Virus record (IMG/VR): IMGVR_UViG_3300022744_000022
Span: 124,001 to 188,000 of that record
Direction: 5' to 3' (one strand)
Length of the DNA stretch: 64,000 bases
The notes under the pieces were generated by a model. It saw only the letters and a program-made list of their open reading frames with translations, was not told the origin of the DNA and did no database searches. The translations under genes and the position numbers were made by a program. Below are positions 26,345 through 35,831 of the stretch, in pieces (the first letter of the stretch is position 1; every line of letters starts with the position of its first letter).

Positions 26345-27529
26345 TTACGCTTTGCCTCCGAACCGTGCTTTGGCTTGTTCTTCAACTTGCGACTCCAACT
26401 CACGGGGATTCAGGGCTAACTCAGGGTTTTGCAGAAGCAGCGACCGGGCCATGGGTACAAGCGCTCCGCGATCTTGCCCCTTAAGCTGATACACCTCAAA
26501 CAGACGCACCTGATCGATCTCCGGCTTCTTTAGCATCTCAAGAAAACGCTTCTCGAAGGCGGGATCATCTGCGTGGGACAACAGAACTTCCCTGAGTCGC
26601 GCAAGCCCGTCCTGCGACAAGAATGACACAGGCGTGCGAACGGTCCACCCCAGATCCAGCAGGTCCAGTAGTAGGTGGATTTCTTGTTCGGGCAGCCCAC
26701 GGCTGAGCGCTGTGGCGAACCCGGGTTCTTCCGCGAGCATTTCCTTGAGCACTTCTCCGAGCCCCAAGTCATGTAGCAGCTCTACTGAGCGGCGAGGCTG
26801 TGGCGACTCCAAGATGTCCTCGACAAGGATTTTGCGAACCGCATCCCAAGGCATCTGTTTAAGCTTGTGCGCGTTCTGCTGAATGCTCGTCCGCACATCG
26901 GGCGAGATTTTGAACCCGTACTTCGCCACGAACTTGACAGCACGAAGCATCCGGGTCGGGTCATCCGAGAACGTCTTGTCGGGGTCCACCGGCGTGGTGA
27001 GCAGGCGATCCTCAAGGTGCTGTCGGCCGTTGCCGAGAAGGTCCAGCACTTCGGCACGATCAGGTCCGTGCTCCAGGTCTAGAAGCCGCCAGAGTAGCGT
27101 GTTGAACGTGAACTCGCGACGCTGCAAGTCTTCTTGGATGGTCGCAGGTTCGACCATGTGCGGCTTGTAACCTTTGCCCGAGGGATCGCCGTAGCTCTCT
27201 TTGCGAGCGTTGGCGATCTCCAGGACTTCACCCTTGAGATCATGCCCGTCAAGGACCCACGAGTCCGCGACGGTGAGGATCGCCACCCCATATTGGTTAG
27301 TCGTCAAATTCGTGCGGGTCGGAATGATCCGTTGGAGCTGCTCCGCGAACCACGCAGAGTCCTTCCTACCCCCGAGAGCTACGGAATCGACCACTACGTC
27401 CACGTCTTTAGGCGCAAGGCCCATCAAGTGGTTTCGTACTGCGCCACCGACGATGTAGACGTGTTCTCCAACGCCAAGGCGCTTGGTGGCCAAGGACAAG
27501 AAACGTAGGAGTGCCGTTATTTTTGTCAT
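26345..27529 (-). CDS. CCA-adding enzyme/poly(A) polymerase family nucleotidyltransferase (no HD domain)
   Basis: VGGAVRN...DVDV, EDLQRREFTFN, DDPTRMLRAVKF. Confidence 0.9.
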   Translation of the reverse strand: MTKITALLRFLSLATKRLGVGEHVYIVGGAVRNHLMGLAPKDVDVVVDSVALGGRKDSAWFAEQLQRIIPTRTNLTTNQYGVAILTVADSWVLDGHDLKGEVLEIANARKESYGDPSGKGYKPHMVEPATIQEDLQRREFTFNTLLWRLLDLEHGPDRAEVLDLLGNGRQHLEDRLLTTPVDPDKTFSDDPTRMLRAVKFVAKYGFKISPDVRTSIQQNAHKLKQMPWDAVRKILVEDILESPQPRRSVELLHDLGLGEVLKEMLAEEPGFATALSRGLPEQEIHLLLDLLDLGWTVRTPVSFLSQDGLARLREVLLSHADDPAFEKRFLEMLKKPEIDQVRLFEVYQLKGQDRGALVPMARSLLLQNPELALNPRELESQVEEQAKARFGGKA

Positions 27530-27557
27530 GCTAGCGCTTTACTGAAAAGGAAACGAC

Positions 27558-27755
27558 ATGCCCCCAAAGCCACCGCCGATACCGCTACAAGCCGTTGCTT
27601 GGGAGTACAAGGCCTTGTCCTTGGATCCTAAGTACGTGGCAGACTACGAGCGTACCCTAAACAATCTGGGCGAACAAGGCTGGGAACTGGTTTCAATGGT
27701 CCCTGATTCGGGGAAAGCCATCGCGACCCTGAAGCGTAGGAAGCGAGTTACTTGA
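27558..27755 (+). CDS. DUF4177-like protein
   Basis: WEYK...LNNLGEQGWELV...LKR. Confidence 0.75.
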   Translation: MPPKPPPIPLQAVAWEYKALSLDPKYVADYERTLNNLGEQGWELVSMVPDSGKAIATLKRRKRVT

Positions 27756-28464
27756 CCTTTGCCTCAAGCTGCTGAAACGCTTTCCCGAGAGCCCCGTTGC
27801 CGCCCTTGTCCCCCATCGCGTAAGGGACATCCTTGACTTTGCAGGCGGCTGAGATCTTCCGAAAATCCTTGTGGGTCATGAGCCCTTCGAGGATGATCAC
27901 CGCCCCGACTTTGCCGTTCTTGATTCGAGCCTCAATGGAGTCGATGATGCGAGGACTCCCCTTCTCGAAGACCACCCAATCCAGGTGGATCCCGTAGTTT
28001 GCGACGATAGACTCCAACTTGCCCGGGACCTTGAAGCCACCGACCATCATGATTCCCTTGGTTGGGAAAGCCTTTTGAAGTCTGGGGTAGGGGGAAGACT
28101 TGGGGACCACCACCGGCTTGGGGGCTTCCACCTTGGGAGCCGCCTCCGGTTTAGGGTTAGGCGGGGTGGGGTCCAGAATCCGGGGCTCGGTTCTTTCAAC
28201 CCGTTCCGCTGCCTCCGTCTGATCCAACAGGCCCAAAGCCCGTGTCAGAGCTTGCTTGAACGCTTGCCGTTCAAAACTCAGGTCCACGACGGGATCAGGC
28301 CCCAGGCCCAGGCGGACCGCCATCGGGGCCTCTACGACCTGCTGGCACTGCGCCAGGAATGCACCTTCGTAGTCCTGGAGCGTTCTGCGCAGCGCCTCCA
28401 GGACCTCCCGGGTTGGACGTGACGCCGTTTCAACTTTGCCTTGAATTACCGCCGAAATGCTCAT
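27748..28464 (-). CDS. Protein with C-terminal DUF2325-like domain
   Basis: Start ATG 28464 (AAGGAG, GGTGTA); MMVGG...VII...MTH...CK..DVPY. Confidence 0.7.
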   Translation of the reverse strand: MSISAVIQGKVETASRPTREVLEALRRTLQDYEGAFLAQCQQVVEAPMAVRLGLGPDPVVDLSFERQAFKQALTRALGLLDQTEAAERVERTEPRILDPTPPNPKPEAAPKVEAPKPVVVPKSSPYPRLQKAFPTKGIMMVGGFKVPGKLESIVANYGIHLDWVVFEKGSPRIIDSIEARIKNGKVGAVIILEGLMTHKDFRKISAACKVKDVPYAMGDKGGNGALGKAFQQLEAKVK

Positions 28465-28600
28465 GTCTCCTTGTACTACACCGACAAGCCAAGGGCTAGG
28501 GGCAAACGGGCAAGAAACGATTCCCTGGACGCCACAGGACGATCCGGTGTAAAGCAGAAACAGGGAACCCATCGCTAGCTGTGGGTGAGGTGCGTACAGA

Positions 28601-29029
28601 GTGGCCCGGACCAGACAACGATTCACGAGCAAGGTGACGGTTAGGACAACGCTGCCGTTAGGTCGTAGTGAAACGCTCGGTTCGGTGCAGAACAAGCAAA
28701 TCCGGCGTCCCGATGCCCCCGGGTACATCACGGGGATGCTGGGTAAGTGGTTCCTCGTGTTGCATGAGGGGGAAACGACCCCCGCTATCTACAACCCAGA
28801 GGAACTCAGGCTTGAGCCGCACGCCTACTGGCGGGTCACCCACACCCTGGCAGGACAGCCCTACTTCAAGGAATTCGGAACCTACCGCGAGGTCGAGAAG
28901 CATTTGAAAGCGCTGGGCAAGTTGGGCGGTGTAGCCCTTGGTATCGAAGGCCCTTTCTACTCCGCAAAGGAGTTGGAAGAGGGGCCTGTCCCCACCCGAA
29001 ATCTTTTTGATCATTTGAACGACGCATGA
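28601..29029 (+). CDS. Hypothetical protein ending RNLFDHLNDA
   Basis: Coupled to next gene by ATGA; start uncertain. Confidence 0.7.
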   Translation: MARTRQRFTSKVTVRTTLPLGRSETLGSVQNKQIRRPDAPGYITGMLGKWFLVLHEGETTPAIYNPEELRLEPHAYWRVTHTLAGQPYFKEFGTYREVEKHLKALGKLGGVALGIEGPFYSAKELEEGPVPTRNLFDHLNDA

Positions 29030-29409
29030 CCCAACCCTCAACGAATTGTGCCTTTCATTGTGGGCGTCCAGCCTATCGAGGAAAGCGCTTGTGCAAGACG
29101 CATCTGGAGCACCAGCGCCAAAAAATGGCGGAGTACCGCCTCAAGCGAAAGCAAGAGGGGCTTTGTTCGAGATGCGATAACCCGGCTCGCGTCATGCCCA
29201 ACGGGACCGTCAGTACGTTGTGCGAGAGGTGCCGAACTCGTGTCCGTACGTTGGAGCAGCTTGAGCGTAACAAGGTAAGTCGCTTGGTACGGTCTATCCT
29301 CAAGGCCAAGGCTGAGGGCAAGACGCTCAAAGAAATCGGAGCCCGCAAGAAGCTCACCGTCGAGCAGATACGGCAACTGCTTGCAGACGCAAAAGCTAAG
29401 ACCGACTGA
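29026..29409 (+). CDS. Zinc-finger protein with C-terminal sigma-4-like HTH
   Basis: Multiple CxxC/CxxH; GKTLKEIGARKKLTVEQIRQL. Confidence 0.7.
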   Translation: MTQPSTNCAFHCGRPAYRGKRLCKTHLEHQRQKMAEYRLKRKQEGLCSRCDNPARVMPNGTVSTLCERCRTRVRTLEQLERNKVSRLVRSILKAKAEGKTLKEIGARKKLTVEQIRQLLADAKAKTD

Positions 29410-29441
29410 TCCCGTACGCACGCCCGGTGTACTGGCCCGGG

Positions 29442-29837
29442 ATGCCGCACAACAAAGGGATGGATTGGGTACGGCTGCCGAAAAGGATGTCGGTCTATTT
29501 TCGCGACTCCTTTGACTGCGTATGGTGCCGGGGTGTGTTCCCCTTGGACCATCTCGGGTATGGCTTGACCCTGGATCACGTGGACCCTACCCAAGGGCAT
29601 GACGCGGCCAATCTCGTGACCTGCTGTGGGCCTTGCAACAGCGCCAAAAAAGATCTGTCGCCCGACGAGTGGTACAAACGTCTGGCTGAGCGGGGCTACA
29701 ACACTCGACGCATCAAAGAACGGGTGGCTCGGCTAACACGCAAAACCCTGAACCTGCATGCCGGTGCTTGGCTCGCAAGTCTTCGCCGTCCGAACTACAA
29801 GAACTACGCCACCCCTAAGAAAAACCGTAAGCCATGA
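29442..29837 (+). CDS. HNH endonuclease
   Basis: RD...CVWC...LTLDHV...NLVTCCGPCNSAK; GGTGTA 10 nt before ATG 29442. Confidence 0.85.
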   Translation: MPHNKGMDWVRLPKRMSVYFRDSFDCVWCRGVFPLDHLGYGLTLDHVDPTQGHDAANLVTCCGPCNSAKKDLSPDEWYKRLAERGYNTRRIKERVARLTRKTLNLHAGAWLASLRRPNYKNYATPKKNRKP

Positions 29838-30217
29838 ACGATGATTACGTTGATGACGACCCTGAGGGGGTACTGGACGAGGCCGACCTACTGCTTGAGG
29901 TAGTCCGATCTATCGTGCGTAACCCTCAGAAGGTTGAGGTCTCAGCCAAACGCGGCCCCACCACCACCGTGCTCACAATCACCGTGGATCCTTCGGATCG
30001 CGGTCATGTGATCGGCCGAGATCGCAAGACGATGGACGCGCTCATTCACCTTTTCTGTAAATCTGCTACTATTGAAGGCCGCCGAACCCTCATCCATCTG
30101 GGCGGTGCCGACCTTCGACCCCGGCATCCGCAGCAGCGCGGCCCCCAACAGCGCTCTCAACGTGATGGCCGTCCAGACCAAACCAGGCCGCCCCAGCAGC
30201 CCAGACACCGACGATAG
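29834..30217 (+). CDS. KH-domain RNA-binding protein (KhpA-like)
   Basis: VRSIVRNPQKVEV...ITVDPSDRGHVIGR; the GxxG loop is degenerate. Confidence 0.8.
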   Translation: MNDDYVDDDPEGVLDEADLLLEVVRSIVRNPQKVEVSAKRGPTTTVLTITVDPSDRGHVIGRDRKTMDALIHLFCKSATIEGRRTLIHLGGADLRPRHPQQRGPQQRSQRDGRPDQTRPPQQPRHRR

Positions 30218-30220
30218 AAC

Positions 30221-31198
30221 ATGCGACTCCTTTGGGCCACAGACATCCATCTGAACTTCTTGAAGGCCCCCGGAGCTGCTCAAACCTTCGGAGCGTATCT
30301 CGGGGTTGAGCAAGAGTTCGACGCTGTGGTGGTCACAGGGGACATCGCGGAAGCCCCTTCGGTCCGGGTGCTCCTGGAGAGCTTCGCTCGCGGGGTGGGT
30401 AAACCGATCTACTTCGTGCTGGGCAACCACGACTTCTACTTCGGCAGCATCGCGGGTGTCGAGAAAGAGCTGAGCGAGATTCTGTTGCCCAACCTCGTGT
30501 GGTTGGACCAGGCCCCCGATCCCATTCTGCTTGATCCTGACACGGCACTTGTTGGGCAGGGCGGGTGGTACGACGGCCTTTTGGGTGACGCTGAAAAGTC
30601 TAGGGTCTTGCTGTCGGACTTCGAGCTGATCCGAGACTTCAAGCCGCTGTTTCACGAGCAGACCTGGCTCTTTGAGTACGGGGGCCGTGCGGACCTGTTG
30701 GACAAGATCAGGACGCTGAGCAAGCAGCACGCCGGGGCAGCCAGAGCCAAGCTGCTTGAGGCCGTGAAGCTCCGCAAACACGTGATCCTAGCCACCCACT
30801 ACCCACCGTTCGCGGGGGCGTGCTGGCACGAGGGCAAAATCTCGGACCAACACTGGATGCCCTGGTTCACCTCGGGGGCCATGGGGGCGATGCTTGGGGA
30901 GGTGGCGGCAGAGCACCCGGACCATCGCTTCCTGGTTCTCTGCGGGCACACGCACAGCCCTGGGGTCTACGAGCACCTGCCCAACCTGCTTGTATTGACC
31001 GGCAAAGCGGTCTACGGGGCTCCCGATGTGGCTGGCCTACTGGAACTGCCCCTAGACCCCCTCTGGGCTAGACCTGAGCGTTGTGATCGCTGCGACACCG
31101 CTGACTTCCGAAGCTCGGCAACGATCATGGAATGCAAGCTCTGCACCAGGGTCTGGGAGCGGGTCGGTGGGGCTTGGGTCCTTGACCCCAAGTCATGA
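30221..31198 (+). CDS. Calcineurin-like metallophosphoesterase
   Basis: TDIH, TGD, LGNHD, HYPP, GHTH. Confidence 0.88.
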   Translation: MRLLWATDIHLNFLKAPGAAQTFGAYLGVEQEFDAVVVTGDIAEAPSVRVLLESFARGVGKPIYFVLGNHDFYFGSIAGVEKELSEILLPNLVWLDQAPDPILLDPDTALVGQGGWYDGLLGDAEKSRVLLSDFELIRDFKPLFHEQTWLFEYGGRADLLDKIRTLSKQHAGAARAKLLEAVKLRKHVILATHYPPFAGACWHEGKISDQHWMPWFTSGAMGAMLGEVAAEHPDHRFLVLCGHTHSPGVYEHLPNLLVLTGKAVYGAPDVAGLLELPLDPLWARPERCDRCDTADFRSSATIMECKLCTRVWERVGGAWVLDPKS

Positions 31199-31437
31199 GC
31201 TACCAGGCTCAGTACCGCTGCGTTCGCTGCCAGCAGCGGTTCGAGGTCACACAGGGCGTCTTCGGGTGCCCTCCGGGGCACCAAGCAGACCCTGATAGCC
31301 CGTGCGGGCGTAGCCAGCGCCAGTACCGTTGTGCGAGCTGCGCCAAAGCCCAGAGGTGCCCCCAATGCGAACACCTCTGGGTCGAGTGGCTCAACTACCA
31401 GACCCTCGTGGCAACGCATAAACTTCCTGTGCTGTAG
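31195..31437 (+). CDS. Zinc-ribbon protein
   Basis: CVRC, CASC, CPQC; ATGA overlap. Confidence 0.65.
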   Translation: MSYQAQYRCVRCQQRFEVTQGVFGCPPGHQADPDSPCGRSQRQYRCASCAKAQRCPQCEHLWVEWLNYQTLVATHKLPVL

Positions 31438-31444
31438 CCAAGGT

Positions 31445-33163
31445 ATGCTCCCCGAACGAGTGCTTCGCAGGTACCTGCGAGCGAAAAGCACCAAGAAGCG
31501 CATGGTCGTCATGATGGGCCCACCCGCAGCGGGTAAAGGCTTCTTCTTGGGCGAGCCGCCGCCGAAGTTCGGCTGGAAACTCCCCAAGATGCTCGTGGAC
31601 GACAAGGGCAACCCGCTCTTGACCGAGGACGACATCCCGGAACGTCCGCACTCAGAGGAATCCGACAACCACCTGCGAGCTATCCAGTTCGAGGAAGCAA
31701 AGAAGCACTTCGACACGCTCAAGGCGGCACACGAAGAAGGTCCGGAAGCCTTCAAGAAGGCGCTCTCCGACCACTGGTACGCGACCAAGGATGGGGATCG
31801 CGTAGACCTCAGCAAGACGGTCAACTACGACGATTTCCCTGAGACCTTGAAGGACTACCACGCCAAGACGAACAAGGATTTCTACGTCTCGATGCGGGGT
31901 TGGCACGACGACGCGAAAGAAAAGAACGAGGTTACGGGTAAGCCCAAGGAGCGCTTCAAGGACGAGGCGAGGCACCGCTTCGAGGAGACGCTGCACAAGA
32001 AGATCGAAGAAATCGAGGACATGTTGATCGTGGACTCGGCAGGCGAGGACATCGACGCCCAAGACTACAAGGGCCAGATCGCTGCCGCCAAAGAGGCTGG
32101 ATACGAAGTTACGGTCATCTTCCTGCATCCTGAGCAAGCCGACACCGAGCTGTCCAACCTGGCTCGCGGTAAGGTGCAGGGCAAGCGCATGGTGGACCAG
32201 TCGGATATCTCGAACTGGTACGAGAAGAACGCTGAGGCTCTCAAGGACATCCAAGAAGCAGCCCCCGACAACTTCGTGCATTACCGGAAAGGGCCGCCTG
32301 ACGCGGACCCCAAGAAGGCGGCTGAGTTGCGGGCCAAGGCTCGCGACATGATGAACAAGCTCTCGGGCCTAGAGGGCGAAGAAAAAGAGAAGGCCAAGCA
32401 GGAGATCAATCAAGTCTTGTACGGGGCTGCTTCGTACAAGCTGCACAAGCCTACGTCGTACGGCTCGGCTGTGAGCGGGCTTCCTGAGAAGCCCGAGGAA
32501 AGTAGCATCGCCGACGCCGTAGAGGCCATGAACACCGAGGCTGAGAAGCGATCAGGTTCAGGCCAGCCCAAGAAGGTCAAGCCTGAGGGTGAGCAGACTC
32601 CGGAGAAGCAGACTCCGGAGAAGCAGCCTCCGGAGAAGCCCGAGGGTAAAGCCAAACCGGAGGCCGGGTCGGAGAAAACCCGGATGAACTTCCTACGGGA
32701 GCTGGGGGATCAGAAGGTCAAGAACCCCAACCCGGAGTCGCGGGATCGCTTCCCTCAAATTAAGATCAGGTCGCTACCCTGGACATACCAGAAGCCCTAC
32801 TACGAAAAGTGGCGGGGCAAACAGGCAGCGCAACGTGTGGCAAAACGCTACCTGGAGGCAACGATGGCTGGTAAGGGATGGCTCGCAGGTTGGATGCATG
32901 AGCTTGCGGACGAGCTTGGGAAGACCAAGGTCGAGGGCTACAAAGTTTCTGCTGAGGCCGGTAAAGGTCCGCTGGTCCTGGTGACCATCAAGGGTGCTAC
33001 CGAGGACTCAACGACTGCCCGCAAGGCCAAACAATCGATCGAGAAGGTGATGGAGCACTCCATCAAGAAGCACTCAGAGGGTGTCCCCGGGTTCAAGCAC
33101 CGCGTCAAGAGCTTCAACAAAGGTGCGGATCTCATACTTGAGTGCGAGGTCTTGTTTCCTTGA
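31445..33163 (+). CDS. Large protein with Zeta-toxin/AAA_33-like P-loop kinase domain and RVxxRY motifs
   Basis: GPPAAGKG Walker A, LIVDSAG Walker B, AGYEVTVIFL; start ATG 31445. Confidence 0.75.
   Translation: MLPERVLRRYLRAKSTKKRMVVMMGPPAAGKGFFLGEPPPKFGWKLPKMLVDDKGNPLLTEDDIPERPHSEESDNHLRAIQFEEAKKHFDTLKAAHEEGPEAFKKALSDHWYATKDGDRVDLSKTVNYDDFPETLKDYHAKTNKDFYVSMRGWHDDAKEKNEVTGKPKERFKDEARHRFEETLHKKIEEIEDMLIVDSAGEDIDAQDYKGQIAAAKEAGYEVTVIFLHPEQADTELSNLARGKVQGKRMVDQSDISNWYEKNAEALKDIQEAAPDNFVHYRKGPPDADPKKAAELRAKARDMMNKLSGLEGEEKEKAKQEINQVLYGAASYKLHKPTSYGSAVSGLPEKPEESSIADAVEAMNTEAEKRSGSGQPKKVKPEGEQTPEKQTPEKQPPEKPEGKAKPEAGSEKTRMNFLRELGDQKVKNPNPESRDRFPQIKIRSLPWTYQKPYYEKWRGKQAAQRVAKRYLEATMAGKGWLAGWMHELADELGKTKVEGYKVSAEAGKGPLVLVTIKGATEDSTTARKAKQSIEKVMEHSIKKHSEGVPGFKHRVKSFNKGADLILECEVLFP
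32594..32638 (+). repeat. 3 x 15-nt coding tandem repeat (QTPEK)
   Basis: CAGACTCCGGAGAAG x2 then CAGCCTCCGGAGAAG. Confidence 0.9.
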
Positions 33164-33168
33164 AATGA

Positions 33169-33198
33169 ACAGGGGCCCTGGTTGCCCAAGGCCCCTGT
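33169..33198. terminator. Hairpin between convergent genes
   Basis: ACAGGGGCC/GGCCCCTGT 9-bp stem. Confidence 0.6.
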
Positions 33199-33205
33199 CG
33201 CTCAC

Positions 33206-33373
33206 CTAGTTCTTGGAACGCTTACGTTCGAGCGCTACGAGGTAGCGTTCGTTGCGTTCAACGAGGCCCGGGAGCTTCTGGATTACGGCCAGCACCACAG
33301 CAAGCTGGCCGTTCAAGGCGTGGTTGTGCTTGGCCCAAGTCTGAGCCAAACCGTTCGATTTTACCCCAGGCAT
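33206..33373 (-). CDS. Small protein (55 aa), absent from the ORF track
   Basis: MPGVKSNGLAQTWPK...ERKRSKN; ATG 3 nt after upstream stop. Confidence 0.55.
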   Translation of the reverse strand: MPGVKSNGLAQTWAKHNHALNGQLAVVLAVIQKLPGLVERNERYLVALERKRSKN

Positions 33374-33376
33374 GGT

Positions 33377-34222
33377 TCACCCGGAAACCGTGCAGCCGTG
33401 GGGCAAGGAAGGATCGAACATGACGCGCCGCTGGTTGATCTGCTTCCACGACCTCGGGTCCTTCGGGTCCATCAACTCCGAAATGAAGAGACGGACCGTG
33501 GTCCCCAGCGTGAGGTGGAAGGCACGGACGTAGTAGGTACGCCCGTCACCAACGTGATCGTAGCTCTCCACGACCACGCTATCGTTCTCGAACAACAAGT
33601 GATCAGGACCGAGCTTGTTGAGCGTGATGCTGCCAATAGCGCAGTTGAGGTTGGTCTTCTCGCCCGTAGCCTTGGCGGTACCCACACTGGTGGGGATCAA
33701 CATGACCGTAGGGTTAGCGACTGACCGACGAACGAAAAACGGCTTGTCCTTCGTCCACTTCGAGGCAACGTCTCGCACGTAAGCGTGCATCTCAGCACGA
33801 AGTGGGGACGGGGCGGCCGTAGGCTTTTCCGCCGCAGACGGAGGGGCCTCGTTGAGATCCAGGTCATCCAAGAACCCGAAGTCGATCTCAGCCGCCGCTT
33901 GCTGCGTCACGTTGGGCTCAGCAGCCACCTGCGTAGTCTCTTGACGAGCAGCCGCTTGAAGCGAAAGCGCCTTGCTAAGCTGCTTGCACGCTGCGATCAC
34001 TTCCGGTTTAGCGCCGGACAAGGTAAGCACCTGGTCCACCGTCTCTCGGAACTCGCTCATCCCAATCTGGGGCTTGTCGTAGTAGTGCAGGGAGTAGTCC
34101 CCGTGCATCCGGGTAATCTCCGCAGGCCAAGCATCGGGGCCCAACAGTTGAAAGTGCCGCAAATGGCTCGGCATCAGACTCTGGGCGTACTTGGACCGCG
34201 AACCCACAGGTTCTCTGGGCAT
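33377..34222 (-). CDS. Hypothetical protein (281 aa)
   Basis: AAGGAG RBS. Confidence 0.8.
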   Translation of the reverse strand: MPREPVGSRSKYAQSLMPSHLRHFQLLGPDAWPAEITRMHGDYSLHYYDKPQIGMSEFRETVDQVLTLSGAKPEVIAACKQLSKALSLQAAARQETTQVAAEPNVTQQAAAEIDFGFLDDLDLNEAPPSAAEKPTAAPSPLRAEMHAYVRDVASKWTKDKPFFVRRSVANPTVMLIPTSVGTAKATGEKTNLNCAIGSITLNKLGPDHLLFENDSVVVESYDHVGDGRTYYVRAFHLTLGTTVRLFISELMDPKDPRSWKQINQRRVMFDPSLPHGCTVSG

Positions 34223-34387
34223 TGTCAGCTCTCCTTCGCGCTAGAACGCGCTTTCGTTTTCAGTTCGCTTCGTTCGCATTGGCGGGGGTTACCCCTCGCC
34301 AACAACCCCCCGTACACCAACGAAATGCGAATCTCGGACGAAAACGACCAAGCCCGTACGAATTCGGAAAGCCTTTGTACCAGCCCT

Positions 34388-34609
34388 TCAAGCCTTTAAG
34401 GTTGAAGGGAATCCGTTGACGCTGATCCGGAAAGCCGCAGTCAAGATGGCGGCTTGCACCGCCTGGGGAACCGCGATATCTAGGGCCCGCATGGCTTGGT
34501 CCAAGGCATCCCCGTAACGAAGTCCGGGGTCCTTTGAGACCAGATCAACCACCCGCTCCAGGACGGGCGCATAGCGCTGCATGTCAGCATCAGACATCGA
34601 GGTCTCCAC
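34388..34609 (-). CDS. Small helical protein
   Basis: Start uncertain. Confidence 0.6.
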   Translation of the reverse strand: METSMSDADMQRYAPVLERVVDLVSKDPGLRYGDALDQAMRALDIAVPQAVQAAILTAAFRISVNGFPSTLKA

Positions 34610-34629
34610 CTTGAAAGGGTAGGGCTAGC

Positions 34630-34908
34630 ATGAAACTTACAGGACGTATCCCCGCACTCCAGACTTGCATAACCCAACAATGGACCGCTGGGCAACAGTT
34701 GGGTAGCAAGAGCTGGAAGACGCCTCGCAAATTGATGGGGTCCATCACATTCGATGCGAAGGCCGCCAAGGACTCGACTCAAGCCGTACGGGTCGTGGTT
34801 TTGAAACCTGACGGGACCATGCTGCGAGAAGAATTCCTCTATACCCTCCCTGAGGATGTCTACCCTCTCCCACTAAAGGGAACCAATGGCATCGGCTCAA
34901 TGGCGTGA
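34630..34908 (+). CDS. Hypothetical protein
   Basis: 92 aa. Confidence 0.6.
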   Translation: MKLTGRIPALQTCITQQWTAGQQLGSKSWKTPRKLMGSITFDAKAAKDSTQAVRVVVLKPDGTMLREEFLYTLPEDVYPLPLKGTNGIGSMA

Positions 34909-35194
34909 AGTCCTCAAGGATAAAGTGTACGCGCTCTATGTGTACGAGCATCATCGCGTAGCGATTGCGCAACTCCTGGATCAGAATTGGGTCGTCACAC
35001 TACCCGACGATCCCACAACCAAGCATTCGGCTAAAGATCAAGAGGACGCCTTCAAAATCGGGCGTCGGATCTCGGTCGCTTGGTTGCAGGGTGCCCTCAA
35101 ACAGCTCGCCCCCGAGGTTGTCCCCCGACGCGACCTAACCCCAACCGAGGCCCAGGCCGAAATCAAGCGGCGGCAGAGGCGTTCAAAAAACTAG
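34886..35194 (+). CDS. Hypothetical protein
   Basis: 102 aa, AAGGGA RBS. Confidence 0.7.
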   Translation: MASAQWREVLKDKVYALYVYEHHRVAIAQLLDQNWVVTLPDDPTTKHSAKDQEDAFKIGRRISVAWLQGALKQLAPEVVPRRDLTPTEAQAEIKRRQRRSKN

Positions 35195-35231
35195 CGTTTC
35201 CGGCGATTTACCTGGGGCAGATCAGAGACTC

Positions 35232-35272
35232 TTGACGTTCTGCGGTCATCCGGTGTAATAGTGGACGGTGTA
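35232..35272 (+). promoter_or_regulatory. TTGACG -35 box plus tandem GGTGTA elements
   Basis: TTGACG-N16-TGTAAT; second GGTGTAGTA at 35267. Confidence 0.55.
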
Positions 35273-35307
35273 GTAGTAACCGTTCACCTAACTCGAAGGG
35301 ACCGCCT

Positions 35308-35793
35308 GTGACCGTCAAAGCCACTCTTGCTACGAAGCTGAAAGACATCCGTGACCTCAAGTCCAAAGGGGCGGGCTTTGAGGTTCAGGCCATGTACGAG
35401 GTCCTCGCCCTGGAGAAAGCCTCGGTGTTGTGGCGTCGAGACGGTACCGAGACGTTCACCACCGTGCTCAAGGAAGAGGTCGGGGTCTGCACCCCGACAC
35501 GGTTCAAGGCCTTCAAGAAGGCCGCCGAATACTTCACGCAGGACACCATCGAGAAGCTCGGTGTTCCGTGCGTGTGCCTGATCGCCACGCAGAACCAAAG
35601 CGTCCGGCAACGGATGCTCAAGGACGCGCTCACGTACCGGAAGGATCACGGGTCTGAGCCCACCTACCAATACTTCTCGCGCTTCTTGCGCAAGCCTGGA
35701 AAGGCCGTGTCACGGACCCGGCTTCTCAAGTACGTCGAAGTGCTCAAGGCCGAGATCAAGAGCCTCGGTGGGCGCGTTCCGGTGATGGAGTAA
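35308..35793 (+). CDS. Hypothetical basic protein
   Basis: 161 aa, strong codon bias. Confidence 0.8.
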   Translation: MTVKATLATKLKDIRDLKSKGAGFEVQAMYEVLALEKASVLWRRDGTETFTTVLKEEVGVCTPTRFKAFKKAAEYFTQDTIEKLGVPCVCLIATQNQSVRQRMLKDALTYRKDHGSEPTYQYFSRFLRKPGKAVSRTRLLKYVEVLKAEIKSLGGRVPVME

Positions 35794-35831
35794 CCGACCC
35801 GATCTCGGGTCCCAGATGAAAGACAGATCAG

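Noticed and set aside
6006-33724. Long antisense or alternate-frame ORFs (e.g. 254-1204, 6006-6911, 7941-8879, 21791-22822, 22987-23874, 29942-30781, 33182-33724)
   Set aside because: These are shadow ORFs typical of high-GC DNA, overlapping better-supported genes and lacking motifs.
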